A DNA stretch of 64,000 nt from a bacterium (GTDB taxonomy: Bacteria > JAMCPX01): the NCBI GenBank assembly GCA_021787665.1, contig JAJYLN010000006.1:7912-71911 (forward strand), in the 5' to 3' direction. How positions within the stretch are numbered: the stretch's first letter is position 1; the number at the start of each line of letters is the position of its first letter. Below, piece after piece: positions 28,530 through 37,197 of this stretch. The notes beneath the pieces are model-generated. The model did not search any database, was not told the origin of the DNA, and worked only from the letters and a program-made list of their open reading frames with translations. Position numbers and translations under genes: made by a program.

Positions 28530-29513
28530 TTATTTCCTGACCGTTTCCCGTTGTTCGATATACCTCTGTACTGCTGCACCTGCAGTGGCGCCATCGCCGA
28601 CCGCTGTGGAGACCTGTCGTACCGTCTTCGCCCGCACATCGCCCGCTGCGAACACCCCGGGCACATTGGTCTCCATCTCGGGCGTCGTGACGATATAGCC
28701 GTTCCCGTCCAACGTTACGAGGCCTTTTACAAACGGCGTATTCGGCCTTGTCCCGATAAAGATAAACACGCCATCTATCGCCTTGGCCGAAGTAGCGCCG
28801 CTCTTCAGGTCCTTTATGTCGACGGACTCGACGGTCTTTGTCCCCCTGATCTCCGTTACAACGGAGTCCCACAGAAATTCTATGATAGGGATACCGAAGG
28901 CCTTCTCCTGCAGTATCTTCTCGGCCCTCAGCTTGTTCCTGCGGTGCACCACGTAAAGCTTCTTTACAAACCGGGTCAGAAAGATAGCGTCGCCTATCGC
29001 GGTGTCGCCTCCTCCGATCACGATCACTTCTTTATCCCTGAAGAACGCTCCGTCGCACTGGGCGCAGTACGAGACACCTCGTCCGGTAAATTGTTTCTCG
29101 CCTTTCACGTTCAGTTTGATGCTCTCCGTACCCGCAGCTATGATAACAGCCTTAGCGACGATCCGCCGGTCGTCCGTCGTATTGACGACCCTGTCGTCTC
29201 CTTCGACAACGATACGGTGCGCACCCACCTCGCATATCTCCACACCAAACGACCTGGCCTGCTCTTCTATGGCTGACGTGAGGTCGGAGCCTGAGATCCC
29301 TTTCGGAAAGCCCGGGTAATTCTCCACGATATCGGCGACCACGATCTCCCCGCCGACTGCCTTCTCTTCCAGAAGCAGGGTCTTCAGCCTCGCCCGTGCC
29401 GTATATATCCCTGCTGTAAGCCCCGCTGGGCCGCCCCCTATGATGACACAATCGTAGCTATCGCAGGACGGCTTCTCTTCGGTCTTCTCAATTGTTAAGT
29501 CTGATAATAGCAT
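28530..29513 (-). CDS. trxB: Thioredoxin-disulfide reductase
   Basis: IIGGGPAGLTAGIY, GVSYCAQCDG, GGGDTA, VHRR, GVFAAGD. Confidence 0.95.
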   Translation of the reverse strand: MLLSDLTIEKTEEKPSCDSYDCVIIGGGPAGLTAGIYTARARLKTLLLEEKAVGGEIVVADIVENYPGFPKGISGSDLTSAIEEQARSFGVEICEVGAHRIVVEGDDRVVNTTDDRRIVAKAVIIAAGTESIKLNVKGEKQFTGRGVSYCAQCDGAFFRDKEVIVIGGGDTAIGDAIFLTRFVKKLYVVHRRNKLRAEKILQEKAFGIPIIEFLWDSVVTEIRGTKTVESVDIKDLKSGATSAKAIDGVFIFIGTRPNTPFVKGLVTLDGNGYIVTTPEMETNVPGVFAAGDVRAKTVRQVSTAVGDGATAGAAVQRYIEQRETVRK

Positions 29514-29871
29514 TGTCGATAAAGTTTTCGTAGTCCGCCATCTTACTCTCCCCGACGAGCCTCTCCACGGAGTTGCCCTGATAGTATATGATGAGCGTCG
29601 GCAGACTGGTCACCTGGTACGTCGATGCTATGTTCTGGCACGCATCGGCGTTGACGTTGTAGAAGGTTATGTGCTCCCGGTACTTCGATGCAAGCTTTTT
29701 CAATAGGGGCTTTACGGTATGACATGCCGCACACCAGTCTGCCCAGAAAGTGACGATGACGGGCCTCCTGGACTTCAGGACGAGGCTATAAAACTCTTCA
29801 CAATTGATATCGGCGACAGGCGTAGGGCCTGCTCTCAGCTTCTTACCCTTTATCGTCTCAGGTTTTATCAT
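29488..29871 (-). CDS. Thioredoxin family protein (WCAAC)
   Basis: FWADWCAAC, SLPTL. Confidence 0.85.
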   Translation of the reverse strand: MIKPETIKGKKLRAGPTPVADINCEEFYSLVLKSRRPVIVTFWADWCAACHTVKPLLKKLASKYREHITFYNVNADACQNIASTYQVTSLPTLIIYYQGNSVERLVGESKMADYENFIDNAIIRLNN

Positions 29872-29889
29872 AGGCCGGCCGATGTACTC

Positions 29890-30216
29890 CTATAATACTT
29901 TATTGACCATCTTCTCGATGTTCGATTTCGGGACCGCCCCCACGATCTGATCCACGATCTTGCCGTCCTTAAAGAGGATTATCGTCGGTATCCCCATGAT
30001 GTTGTACTGCGTAGGCGTGCGGGGGTTATCGTCCGTGTTGAGCCTGGCAAACTTCACCTTGCTTTCGTACAGCTCGGACAATGCTCTGAAAGACGGCTCT
30101 ATCATCTTGCACGGCATACACCAATCGGCCCAGAAGTCCAGTAAGACCGGCTTGTCCGCCTTCAGCACCTCTGTTTCAAAGTTATCATCGGTTACGGTGA
30201 GCATCGTATCACCCAT
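29890..30216 (-). CDS. trxA: Thioredoxin
   Basis: LDFWADWCMPC, MGIPTIILFKDG. Confidence 0.92.
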   Translation of the reverse strand: MGDTMLTVTDDNFETEVLKADKPVLLDFWADWCMPCKMIEPSFRALSELYESKVKFARLNTDDNPRTPTQYNIMGIPTIILFKDGKIVDQIVGAVPKSNIEKMVNKVL

Positions 30217-30283
30217 GTCTATCCTCCCTTTTTATAGTGCAGCCTATGCCGCCTTCACCCACAACATCTCCTCGCAACAAGAG

Positions 30284-31183
30284 CTACAAGGAGCCATCGA
30301 AGAACCACTGGTACGTCATCGCTACCCCATCCTCTATGCCGACAACAGGTTTCCAGCCGAGTGCTGCTGCTTTTGTATTTGATAATATATCAATTTGATC
30401 ATCTCGTTTCAATATTTCAAGAGGGATGTCCTGCCTGCCGGCGATGCGTTTGAATATATCGAACAGCTCCGATACGCTCGTCCCGACCCCGGAGCTTATA
30501 TTCACGATCTCGTTGTCCCATCTCCGGTCCAGCGATGCGATGAGGGCGCGCACGGCATCGTCTACATGGAGAAAATCGTACAGGGAGCCCGGGCTGTCAT
30601 AGAGCGTTACCCTGCCCTTCTTCAGTATACCGTTTGCCATGTCGAACACCGGGTTGCGCTCCATAAAGGGACCGTACAGCCGGGAGAACCTCAGTATCGT
30701 ATACGGCACCGAGAACGTATCGCGATAAAGCCGAATCATGTTTTCCGCCTGCCATTTCGTGGTCCCATAGTAGGTGTTCTTGGGTACCGGATCCTCCTCC
30801 GTGGCGTGGTCAGTTGTCTTGTAAACCGCTGCGGACGACGAGAAAACGACTTTACCGAGCCGGGCCCTCCTTGCCATCTCGAGCACATTGACCGTTCCGA
30901 GTACATTGACCTTGAAGCAGCCTAAAGGCTCCTCTGTGGCCTTGCGCTCGGATGAGACGCCCGCAAGGTGCAAGACGCAGTCCACGTCCCGGAACGGGTG
31001 CTCCAGATCTTCGAATTTCGTGACGTCACCCGGAAAAAATCTGAATTGCTTCCTGCGCATCAGATTATCGAGCGAGGGCCTCTTCGCCCGCGCCAAGCCG
31101 TGGACCTCATGACCGAGGTCAACCATGGCCGCAGCGACACGACACCCCAGCAAGCTCGTCACTCCGGTTATACCTATCTTCAT
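30284..31183 (-). CDS. NAD-dependent epimerase/dehydratase
   Basis: ITGVTSLLG (degenerate GxxGxxG), HLAG, FSSSAAVY, YGTTK (YxxxK), LYGP. Confidence 0.85.
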   Translation of the reverse strand: MKIGITGVTSLLGCRVAAAMVDLGHEVHGLARAKRPSLDNLMRRKQFRFFPGDVTKFEDLEHPFRDVDCVLHLAGVSSERKATEEPLGCFKVNVLGTVNVLEMARRARLGKVVFSSSAAVYKTTDHATEEDPVPKNTYYGTTKWQAENMIRLYRDTFSVPYTILRFSRLYGPFMERNPVFDMANGILKKGRVTLYDSPGSLYDFLHVDDAVRALIASLDRRWDNEIVNISSGVGTSVSELFDIFKRIAGRQDIPLEILKRDDQIDILSNTKAAALGWKPVVGIEDGVAMTYQWFFDGSL

Positions 31184-31193
31184 CCCGATCTTC

Positions 31194-32132
31194 TCACAGC
31201 AATTCCAGGGCCCACGCCGCGAGGATCGGGAACATGATCTCGTGGTGTCCGGTTATGGCGAACCCCTGTCCGCCTGTCTTCGTTGGTCTCTCGACCACGT
31301 TCTTCAAAGGCCTGTAGTGCTGTATCATGTCCATGTTTATCGCCGTAAAGTTCTTCACGTCGCAGCCGATGTTCCGCGCAACCGAGAGCGCCTTCAGAAA
31401 CACCTCCGGCAGGATTACGGCAGAGCCGATGTTCAGGACAACGCCGTTCTCGAGCATGGAAATTATCGTCACGAACTTCCTGAAGTCTATCTCCGTGCCC
31501 TTTCCTATCGCTGCACCGTCTGCCCGGGGGTGCATGTGGATGATGTCTGTCCCATACGCGACATGCACGGTCAGGGGCACACCAAGCCTGTAGGCGTTGT
31601 AGGTCACGCTCATATCCTTGAACGGCGCATCGATGGTCGACAGGACCTGCCCGGCGGCCTCGCCGATGCCCACCCCCTTGTCGGCCCCTGACTTGATGGC
31701 GTCGTTCAGCAGGGAGCCGGTCTCTTCTGCCATACCGAAGCTGCCGTCCTTGATGGTGACTGCCACGTCCTCGGAGGTCTCGCCGATGAGCGCTATTTCC
31801 GTGTCGTGTATCACGCCGGCGCCCTGCATGGCGATCGCCGTTATTAGTCCGCTCTCCATCAACTGGATGACGAGCGGCGATAGGCCGACCTTTATGACAC
31901 TGTCTCCCATTGCGAGGACGATCTGCTTTTTGCCCTTCTTCGCCGCGACGATCGCCTCTGCAGAAGCTCTCAGCTCCTCGGTCTTCAGTATCCTGGGGAG
32001 ACCGTCCAGAAACTGCCTGACCGTCCACCCCTTCTTATACGGCTGCGAGAAGTCAGCGATTTTGACTTTGTTCTTCCGCGTTTTTATCGAGCTTGTCTTT
32101 ACCCTCTTCAGGTCTATCGGCTCTATATTCAT
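31194..32132 (-). CDS. Deoxyhypusine-synthase-like fold protein (GSU2086-like)
   Basis: VIKVGLSPLVI.LME.G.ITAIAM.GAG.IHD.E, GTDIIHMHP, NIGSAVILPEVFLKALS, GHHEIM. SD GGAGGGG before ATG 32132. Confidence 0.7.
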   Translation of the reverse strand: MNIEPIDLKRVKTSSIKTRKNKVKIADFSQPYKKGWTVRQFLDGLPRILKTEELRASAEAIVAAKKGKKQIVLAMGDSVIKVGLSPLVIQLMESGLITAIAMQGAGVIHDTEIALIGETSEDVAVTIKDGSFGMAEETGSLLNDAIKSGADKGVGIGEAAGQVLSTIDAPFKDMSVTYNAYRLGVPLTVHVAYGTDIIHMHPRADGAAIGKGTEIDFRKFVTIISMLENGVVLNIGSAVILPEVFLKALSVARNIGCDVKNFTAINMDMIQHYRPLKNVVERPTKTGGQGFAITGHHEIMFPILAAWALELL

Positions 32133-32185
32133 CGCCCCCTCCCCGTCGCTGTCGGACAACAACCTGTCCTTGCAAAAAGTCCCAT

Positions 32186-32755
32186 CTATCCTCCTTCTTC
32201 TGATTTGAATGTAAACCGAATCTCGGTACAGGGATCACCATAGCACGGGCACTTTTCGATCCCGGACTTTACGTTCTGGAACTTGCACATAACGAGAAAT
32301 TGTTCAAGCCATCCCTGCGCATTCTTGACATGCGCTATGTCTATGTCCGGGAACTCCTTTATCGTTACCACTATCCCATGGTCCGGAAGCATGCTTGCCT
32401 CAACCTTGCCGACATCGTAGCAGCTGTACCCTATGCTCATCGCCTTGTTGATGATCATGTTCGGACTGATGAAATTCAAAAAAATCCTGTATACGGTCGA
32501 GAGGTCGTGCTGGGCAGAGAGCTTTCCCTGCTCGATGCAGTATGAGAGGTCCCCTCTGCCCACGACCCTGTCCATCATCTTGAGCAGGTCGGTGTAGAGC
32601 GTGTAGGGGTACCACTCAGTAAGCAGGATGTGCTCGCCCACATACTTCCTCGTCTCTGGCGGCAGGGAAGCGATAATCTTCGGGAGATCGTCTTTCATGT
32701 TCTTTTTGATAAACTTTATCAGGCCAAGGATCGCTATGCCCTTTACCTGTGCCAT
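32186..32755 (-). CDS. DUF2378/TIGR02265-like conserved hypothetical protein
   Basis: VKG start, TEWYP, GWLEQFL...C...GDPCTE; SD upstream. Function unknown. Confidence 0.55.
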   Translation of the reverse strand: MAQVKGIAILGLIKFIKKNMKDDLPKIIASLPPETRKYVGEHILLTEWYPYTLYTDLLKMMDRVVGRGDLSYCIEQGKLSAQHDLSTVYRIFLNFISPNMIINKAMSIGYSCYDVGKVEASMLPDHGIVVTIKEFPDIDIAHVKNAQGWLEQFLVMCKFQNVKSGIEKCPCYGDPCTEIRFTFKSEEGG

Positions 32756-32828
32756 GCCTTTCTCTCCTTTCTTCATTGTTACTGTATAAGTTTCTCATAA
32801 GTCAACAATTGCAACGACACATTCTTTA

Positions 32829-32857
32829 TTGACAGCACCGATTCCCGTGAATATAGT
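32829..32857 (+). promoter_or_regulatory. Near-consensus sigma70 promoter (leaderless-type)
   Basis: TTGACA, 17 bp, TATAGT; ATG 32864 is exactly 7 nt downstream. Confidence 0.75.
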
Positions 32858-32863
32858 TTTACC

Positions 32864-33709
32864 ATGAAGAGGGAGGATCGGCATCCTTTGCGTTTTGAAG
32901 GAACGGAGCGCTATGGTAAAAAGATCTTAAAAAGCATACTCAATGTACTGATTTCCTGCGGCATTAATCCGATACTATTGCTTCAAAGTTTTAGAGGAAT
33001 CCCTATTTTCCTGAGAGATCTGATCAGTTTTGAAAAAAAAGTATGCCGTGTTGCCAAACCAAGTTTTACCATTACTACGTTATACCCGATATTTAACGAT
33101 CGATTCGTAGAAAGCGGTATCGCATCAGGCCATTACTTTCATCAGGATCTGCTCATTGCCAGAAGAATTTTCTTCAATACCCCAACCAAACATGTGGATA
33201 TAGGCTCGAGGATAGATGGTTTTGTAGCCCATGTTGCAGCTTTCAGAGAGATAGAAGTTTTTGATATCAGGCCCTTACCCAGAAGAATTGAAAATGTTAC
33301 ATTTACAAGAATAGATATCATGAGGGACGATCTGGATATGCTTGATTACACAGATTCACTTTCTTCTTTACATGCCGTTGAGCATTTTGGATTAGGAAGA
33401 TACGGAGATCCAATCGATCCGGACGGTCACATAAAAGGACTGAACAATATGTATAAATTTCTTAAAGCAGGAGGTAAATTCTATCTATCCTTACCTATAG
33501 GAAAACAACGAATCGAATTCAACGCACACCGCATTTTCTCCCTTGAATATATCCTATTCCTGATCGGCGGTAAATACAGAATTGATAGATTTTCCTATGT
33601 TGATGATAACGGTGACTTGTTTGACCATGTACCGCTCGCTGAGAAGGACATTAAGCAGAATTATGGCTGTCATTATGGATGCGGTATCTTTGAATTGACC
33701 AAAGAATAA
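32864..33709 (+). CDS. DUF268-like SAM-dependent methyltransferase-fold protein
   Basis: GHYFHQDL, HVDIGSRIDGFVAHVA, SLHAVEHFGLGRYGDPIDPDGH, FNAHRIF. AT-rich relative to neighbours. Confidence 0.8.
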   Translation: MKREDRHPLRFEGTERYGKKILKSILNVLISCGINPILLLQSFRGIPIFLRDLISFEKKVCRVAKPSFTITTLYPIFNDRFVESGIASGHYFHQDLLIARRIFFNTPTKHVDIGSRIDGFVAHVAAFREIEVFDIRPLPRRIENVTFTRIDIMRDDLDMLDYTDSLSSLHAVEHFGLGRYGDPIDPDGHIKGLNNMYKFLKAGGKFYLSLPIGKQRIEFNAHRIFSLEYILFLIGGKYRIDRFSYVDDNGDLFDHVPLAEKDIKQNYGCHYGCGIFELTKE

Positions 33710-33715
33710 AGTTCC

Positions 33716-34480
33716 ATGGAACTTAGAGATATCCCATTTCCGAGGGAGTACGGCTCGTGGGCGATAGTGCTGACATCGTGCGCCATCGGTGTGTCCCTGC
33801 ACGTCGCCGGCATCAGGTGGTGGACGCCTGCCGCGCTCGTCGGCATTGCCCTCCTTTTCATGACCAAGGCATCCATCAGCACGTTTATCAGGAGGCGGAA
33901 TACTGCCCTCCTGCTGTTCACGGCGCTGTATGCGGCTGCCGGCACCGCGCTGCTCATACCTGCGCTCCTCCGCATCGGCGTCCGGTACACTCTTGCACTG
34001 TCGGTCATCCCCCTGTGCACGATCGCCGTGTACAGCATGTCGGTATACGTCCACAGGGAGCGGGCATCGGTAACGGAGTTTTTCGCCATGGGAACGTTGA
34101 CGATGCCGGTGGTATTTTTCTCCCTGGCGGAACAGGGTGGCCCGGCTGTCCGCGTCCTCGTCATCTGGGTCTTTACGTTCCTCTATTTCTCGTCGAGTAT
34201 TTTCAGGGTAAAGATGCTGCTATTCGGGAAGCAGGTGTACCGGTCTGCGAACATCGTGTATCTTTCGGTGCTGACCGCATTCGTCTCTGCCATGATCCAT
34301 CTCGGGATAACCAGCCCACTTTCCGCTGCCGCATTCCTGCCGTTGCTCGAGAATCTTGTCGACACGTTCAGGAGTCCGCAGCGGCCAAACCTCAGAGCAA
34401 CCGGCATCAAGGAGCTCATCAAGGGCACGGCGTTCGCCTTCATCATCGTCCTGTCCGCCCTGTCTTCCGGGCGAGGGTGA
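33716..34480 (+). CDS. YwiC-like membrane protein
   Basis: PREYGSWA N-terminus, multiple TMs, YFSSSIFRVK, G.KE near the C-terminus. Confidence 0.75.
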   Translation: MELRDIPFPREYGSWAIVLTSCAIGVSLHVAGIRWWTPAALVGIALLFMTKASISTFIRRRNTALLLFTALYAAAGTALLIPALLRIGVRYTLALSVIPLCTIAVYSMSVYVHRERASVTEFFAMGTLTMPVVFFSLAEQGGPAVRVLVIWVFTFLYFSSSIFRVKMLLFGKQVYRSANIVYLSVLTAFVSAMIHLGITSPLSAAAFLPLLENLVDTFRSPQRPNLRATGIKELIKGTAFAFIIVLSALSSGRG

Positions 34481-36395
34481 GCTTTATGTCGCCGGTGAAG
34501 CGCTCGATGCTCGCGATTTCCACGCTGACCTTCTGTCCGATCTTGAACGTACGGTGGGTCCTTCTCCCCGTGGCGATGTGCCGGGCCGTGTCCGTGTAGT
34601 AATAATCGCCCGGCATGTTCTCGAAGGCAAGGAAGCCGTCGATAAAGAAATCCTCTATTTCGACGAACAGCCCGGAGCCCGTTATACCGCTTATATACCC
34701 GGCTATGGGGCTGTCCTGTCTGTCTGCAAGGAGCCTGGCGATGAGCAGTTTATTGAGGTCTCTCTCCGCATCCATGGCCCTCCGCTCGGTTTCCGAAGAG
34801 TGATCCGCGATGTCACGAAGCCTGGCAGCCCACAGTTCGGCGCGTCCCTTCGACATAGAGCCGGCAAGCAGGTCTTTCAGTATCCTGTGCACGGTGAGGT
34901 CCGGGTACCGCCTGATCGGTGAGGTGAAATGCGTGTATAGGTCGAAGGCGAGCCCGTAATGGCCGATATTCTCGATCGAATACTTCGCCTGCTTCATGGA
35001 TCTGAGCAGTGTGTAATTGACGACTTTCTCGAGGCCACTGTCCTTGACCCGGTCGAGTATGCGCTGGATGGATGCCGAATCCATGCTGTCGAAATGCGGG
35101 GGCTTCAGCCCGAGGTTATGCATGAACAGGTAGAACTCGTAAAGCTTGTCCTTGTCCGGCGGCTCATGGACCCTGTAGATGAACGGGTGCGCATTGGACG
35201 TGCAATGCGCCGCAACGCACCTGTTGGCCTCGAGCATAAACTCCTCCACCATCAGGTGCGCGACGTTCCTCTCGATCCGTGTAACGGACTGCAGGTCACC
35301 GTACTCATCCATGTTCAGCTCGATATCCGGTAAATCGAAGTCCAGACTGCCGCTCTGCATCCTGCGCTCCCGGAGGATCAAGGCGAGATCCCGCATGGTC
35401 TGCAGGTTTGAAAGCAAGTCCGGCGATGCGTGCTCCGTAGCGGACTGCTGCCCCTGCTTGAGCATATCGCTGACGATGGTATAGGTGAGGCGTGCGGAGC
35501 TCTTGATGATGCTCGGGTAGATACTGTAGCCGATCCTCCCGCCAGCCCTGTCGAACCGCATCTCGGCCGTCATGGTCAGCCTGTCCTCGTCCGGCCTCAG
35601 GCTGCACAGGTCGTTCGACAGCACCTCCGGAAGCATCGGTATGGCCTTGTCCGGAAAATACACGCTCGTGCCCCGCGTGTACGCGTCCGCATCGACCGGG
35701 TCGTCCATACTCACGTAATGGCCGACGTCAGCGATCGAGACATACAGGGTGTAGCCGTGCCCTGCTCTCCTCACGAACACGGCATCGTCGAAGTCTCTGG
35801 CCGTCTCTCCGTCGATCGTCACGATAGGCATGTCGGTGAGATCGCGCCTCTTCGAACGCTCCACCTGGGGTATCGCATGATGTATCGACGAGGCATGCTC
35901 TGTCGTCTTCCGGCTGAAGACCGCGGGTAGTTCGTACTTGGCTATGACAATCTTCTGGTCGATGTCCGGCGTACCGCCATCGCCGATCCTCTGGTGCAGC
36001 CTCGCCCTGCTCTTGTTTCCGGCATCGGTCGTTATCTCGCACTTGACCACGTCGCCGGGCTTCAGTCCCTTCGTACCCTTCTCGAACGACAGGTCGAAGT
36101 TCATATGTTTGTCGAGCGGTGAGCAGACGAGCTGACCGCTCTGCCTGGTGACCGTTCCGGTGATATACCGCATGGTCCTTTGCACTATCTTGAGTACCTT
36201 TCCCTCATACAGCTTCCCGTCACGCGCGCTCGCATCGACCATGACGACATCGCCGTGTATGGCGCCGTTCATGTACTTGGGGGGCACGAATATGTCTTTC
36301 GGCAGGTCCGTGCTGACAAAGCCGTAGCCGTCCGGGTGGACGAACATCGTGCCCTGCTTCTTAAAGCTCTTGGTTCTTTTTGTTATCATCTTCAT
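34443..36395 (-). CDS. rnr: Ribonuclease R
   Basis: HPDGYGFV, VTIDGETARDFDDA, IADV, RGTSVYFP, VEEFML.AN, YTHFTSPIRRYPDL.VHR, C-terminal S1. Confidence 0.95.
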   Translation of the reverse strand: MKMITKRTKSFKKQGTMFVHPDGYGFVSTDLPKDIFVPPKYMNGAIHGDVVMVDASARDGKLYEGKVLKIVQRTMRYITGTVTRQSGQLVCSPLDKHMNFDLSFEKGTKGLKPGDVVKCEITTDAGNKSRARLHQRIGDGGTPDIDQKIVIAKYELPAVFSRKTTEHASSIHHAIPQVERSKRRDLTDMPIVTIDGETARDFDDAVFVRRAGHGYTLYVSIADVGHYVSMDDPVDADAYTRGTSVYFPDKAIPMLPEVLSNDLCSLRPDEDRLTMTAEMRFDRAGGRIGYSIYPSIIKSSARLTYTIVSDMLKQGQQSATEHASPDLLSNLQTMRDLALILRERRMQSGSLDFDLPDIELNMDEYGDLQSVTRIERNVAHLMVEEFMLEANRCVAAHCTSNAHPFIYRVHEPPDKDKLYEFYLFMHNLGLKPPHFDSMDSASIQRILDRVKDSGLEKVVNYTLLRSMKQAKYSIENIGHYGLAFDLYTHFTSPIRRYPDLTVHRILKDLLAGSMSKGRAELWAARLRDIADHSSETERRAMDAERDLNKLLIARLLADRQDSPIAGYISGITGSGLFVEIEDFFIDGFLAFENMPGDYYYTDTARHIATGRRTHRTFKIGQKVSVEIASIERFTGDIKLTLARKTGRTGR

Positions 36396-36430
36396 CGTTC
36401 AATGCTATAGTATGTTGAACAAATGTGCAA

Positions 36431-37042
36431 ATGATACACTCCAGTACGACAATCATACTCGCCTCGACTTCGCCGAGAAGGAGGGCCCTGCTGAGGAGCA
36501 CCGGTATGCGGTTCACGGTATCGGAGCCACAACTCGAGGAGGGCAAGTTTGCGTCGGGACGCGGGCAGAAAAGGCCTTCGGAGCTCGCGGTCTCGCTTGC
36601 ATGCGCCAAGGCCAGGGACGTTGGCTTGCGGACACGGGGCGACCGTATCATCATTGCAGCGGACACGATCGTTGTCATGGGAAGCACGGTCATCGGCAAG
36701 CCGGGGAACAAACAGGACGCAGGACGCATCCTGAAGCTCTTGAGCGGGAAGACCCATAAGGTCATAACCGGCGTGTGCATGCTGGAGCTGCCCGGGGGCG
36801 CCTCGCGCAGCTTCCCGGTCACCACGATGGTCTCCATGATCAACATGACGAACGCAGATATACGATGGTACATCGGCACCGGAGAGCCTATGGACAAGGC
36901 GGGCGCTTATGGCATCCAGGGACTTGGCGGACAATTCGTCAGAAAGATAAGCGGCTCGTACACGAACGTGGTAGGGCTGCCGATCGCAGAGGTTATCGAG
37001 GGGCTGAGAAAGCTCGGCTTACCCTTTCCCTGCTGCACATAG
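36431..37042 (+). CDS. maf: Maf-like nucleoside triphosphate pyrophosphatase
   Basis: IILASTSPRRRALL, IAADTIV, LSGKTH, DKAGAYGIQG, YTNVVGLP. Confidence 0.95.
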   Translation: MIHSSTTIILASTSPRRRALLRSTGMRFTVSEPQLEEGKFASGRGQKRPSELAVSLACAKARDVGLRTRGDRIIIAADTIVVMGSTVIGKPGNKQDAGRILKLLSGKTHKVITGVCMLELPGGASRSFPVTTMVSMINMTNADIRWYIGTGEPMDKAGAYGIQGLGGQFVRKISGSYTNVVGLPIAEVIEGLRKLGLPFPCCT

Positions 37043-37139
37043 CCACGGGTGCCCGTGACTGGATCGCACGAGTCGATTTTTGCAGTATTTTTTATACGCT
37101 TTTTAACTAATTCTCGTAATACTCCCTTGCTAATCGCAT

Positions 37140-37170
37140 AAAAAGGGGGCGCCCGTACGGGTGCCCCCCT
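37140..37170 (-). terminator. Intrinsic terminator after the 483-aa lipoprotein
   Basis: Minus strand GGGGGCACCCG-TA-CGGGCGCCCCC followed by TTTTAT. Confidence 0.7.
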
Positions 37171-37197
37171 CAGACACAATACCTCTCCCTGTCCGCC

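Noticed and set aside
27870-30216. Selenocysteine recoding in the thiol-redox genes
   Set aside because: All CxxC and Cys sites are encoded as Cys in uninterrupted frames.
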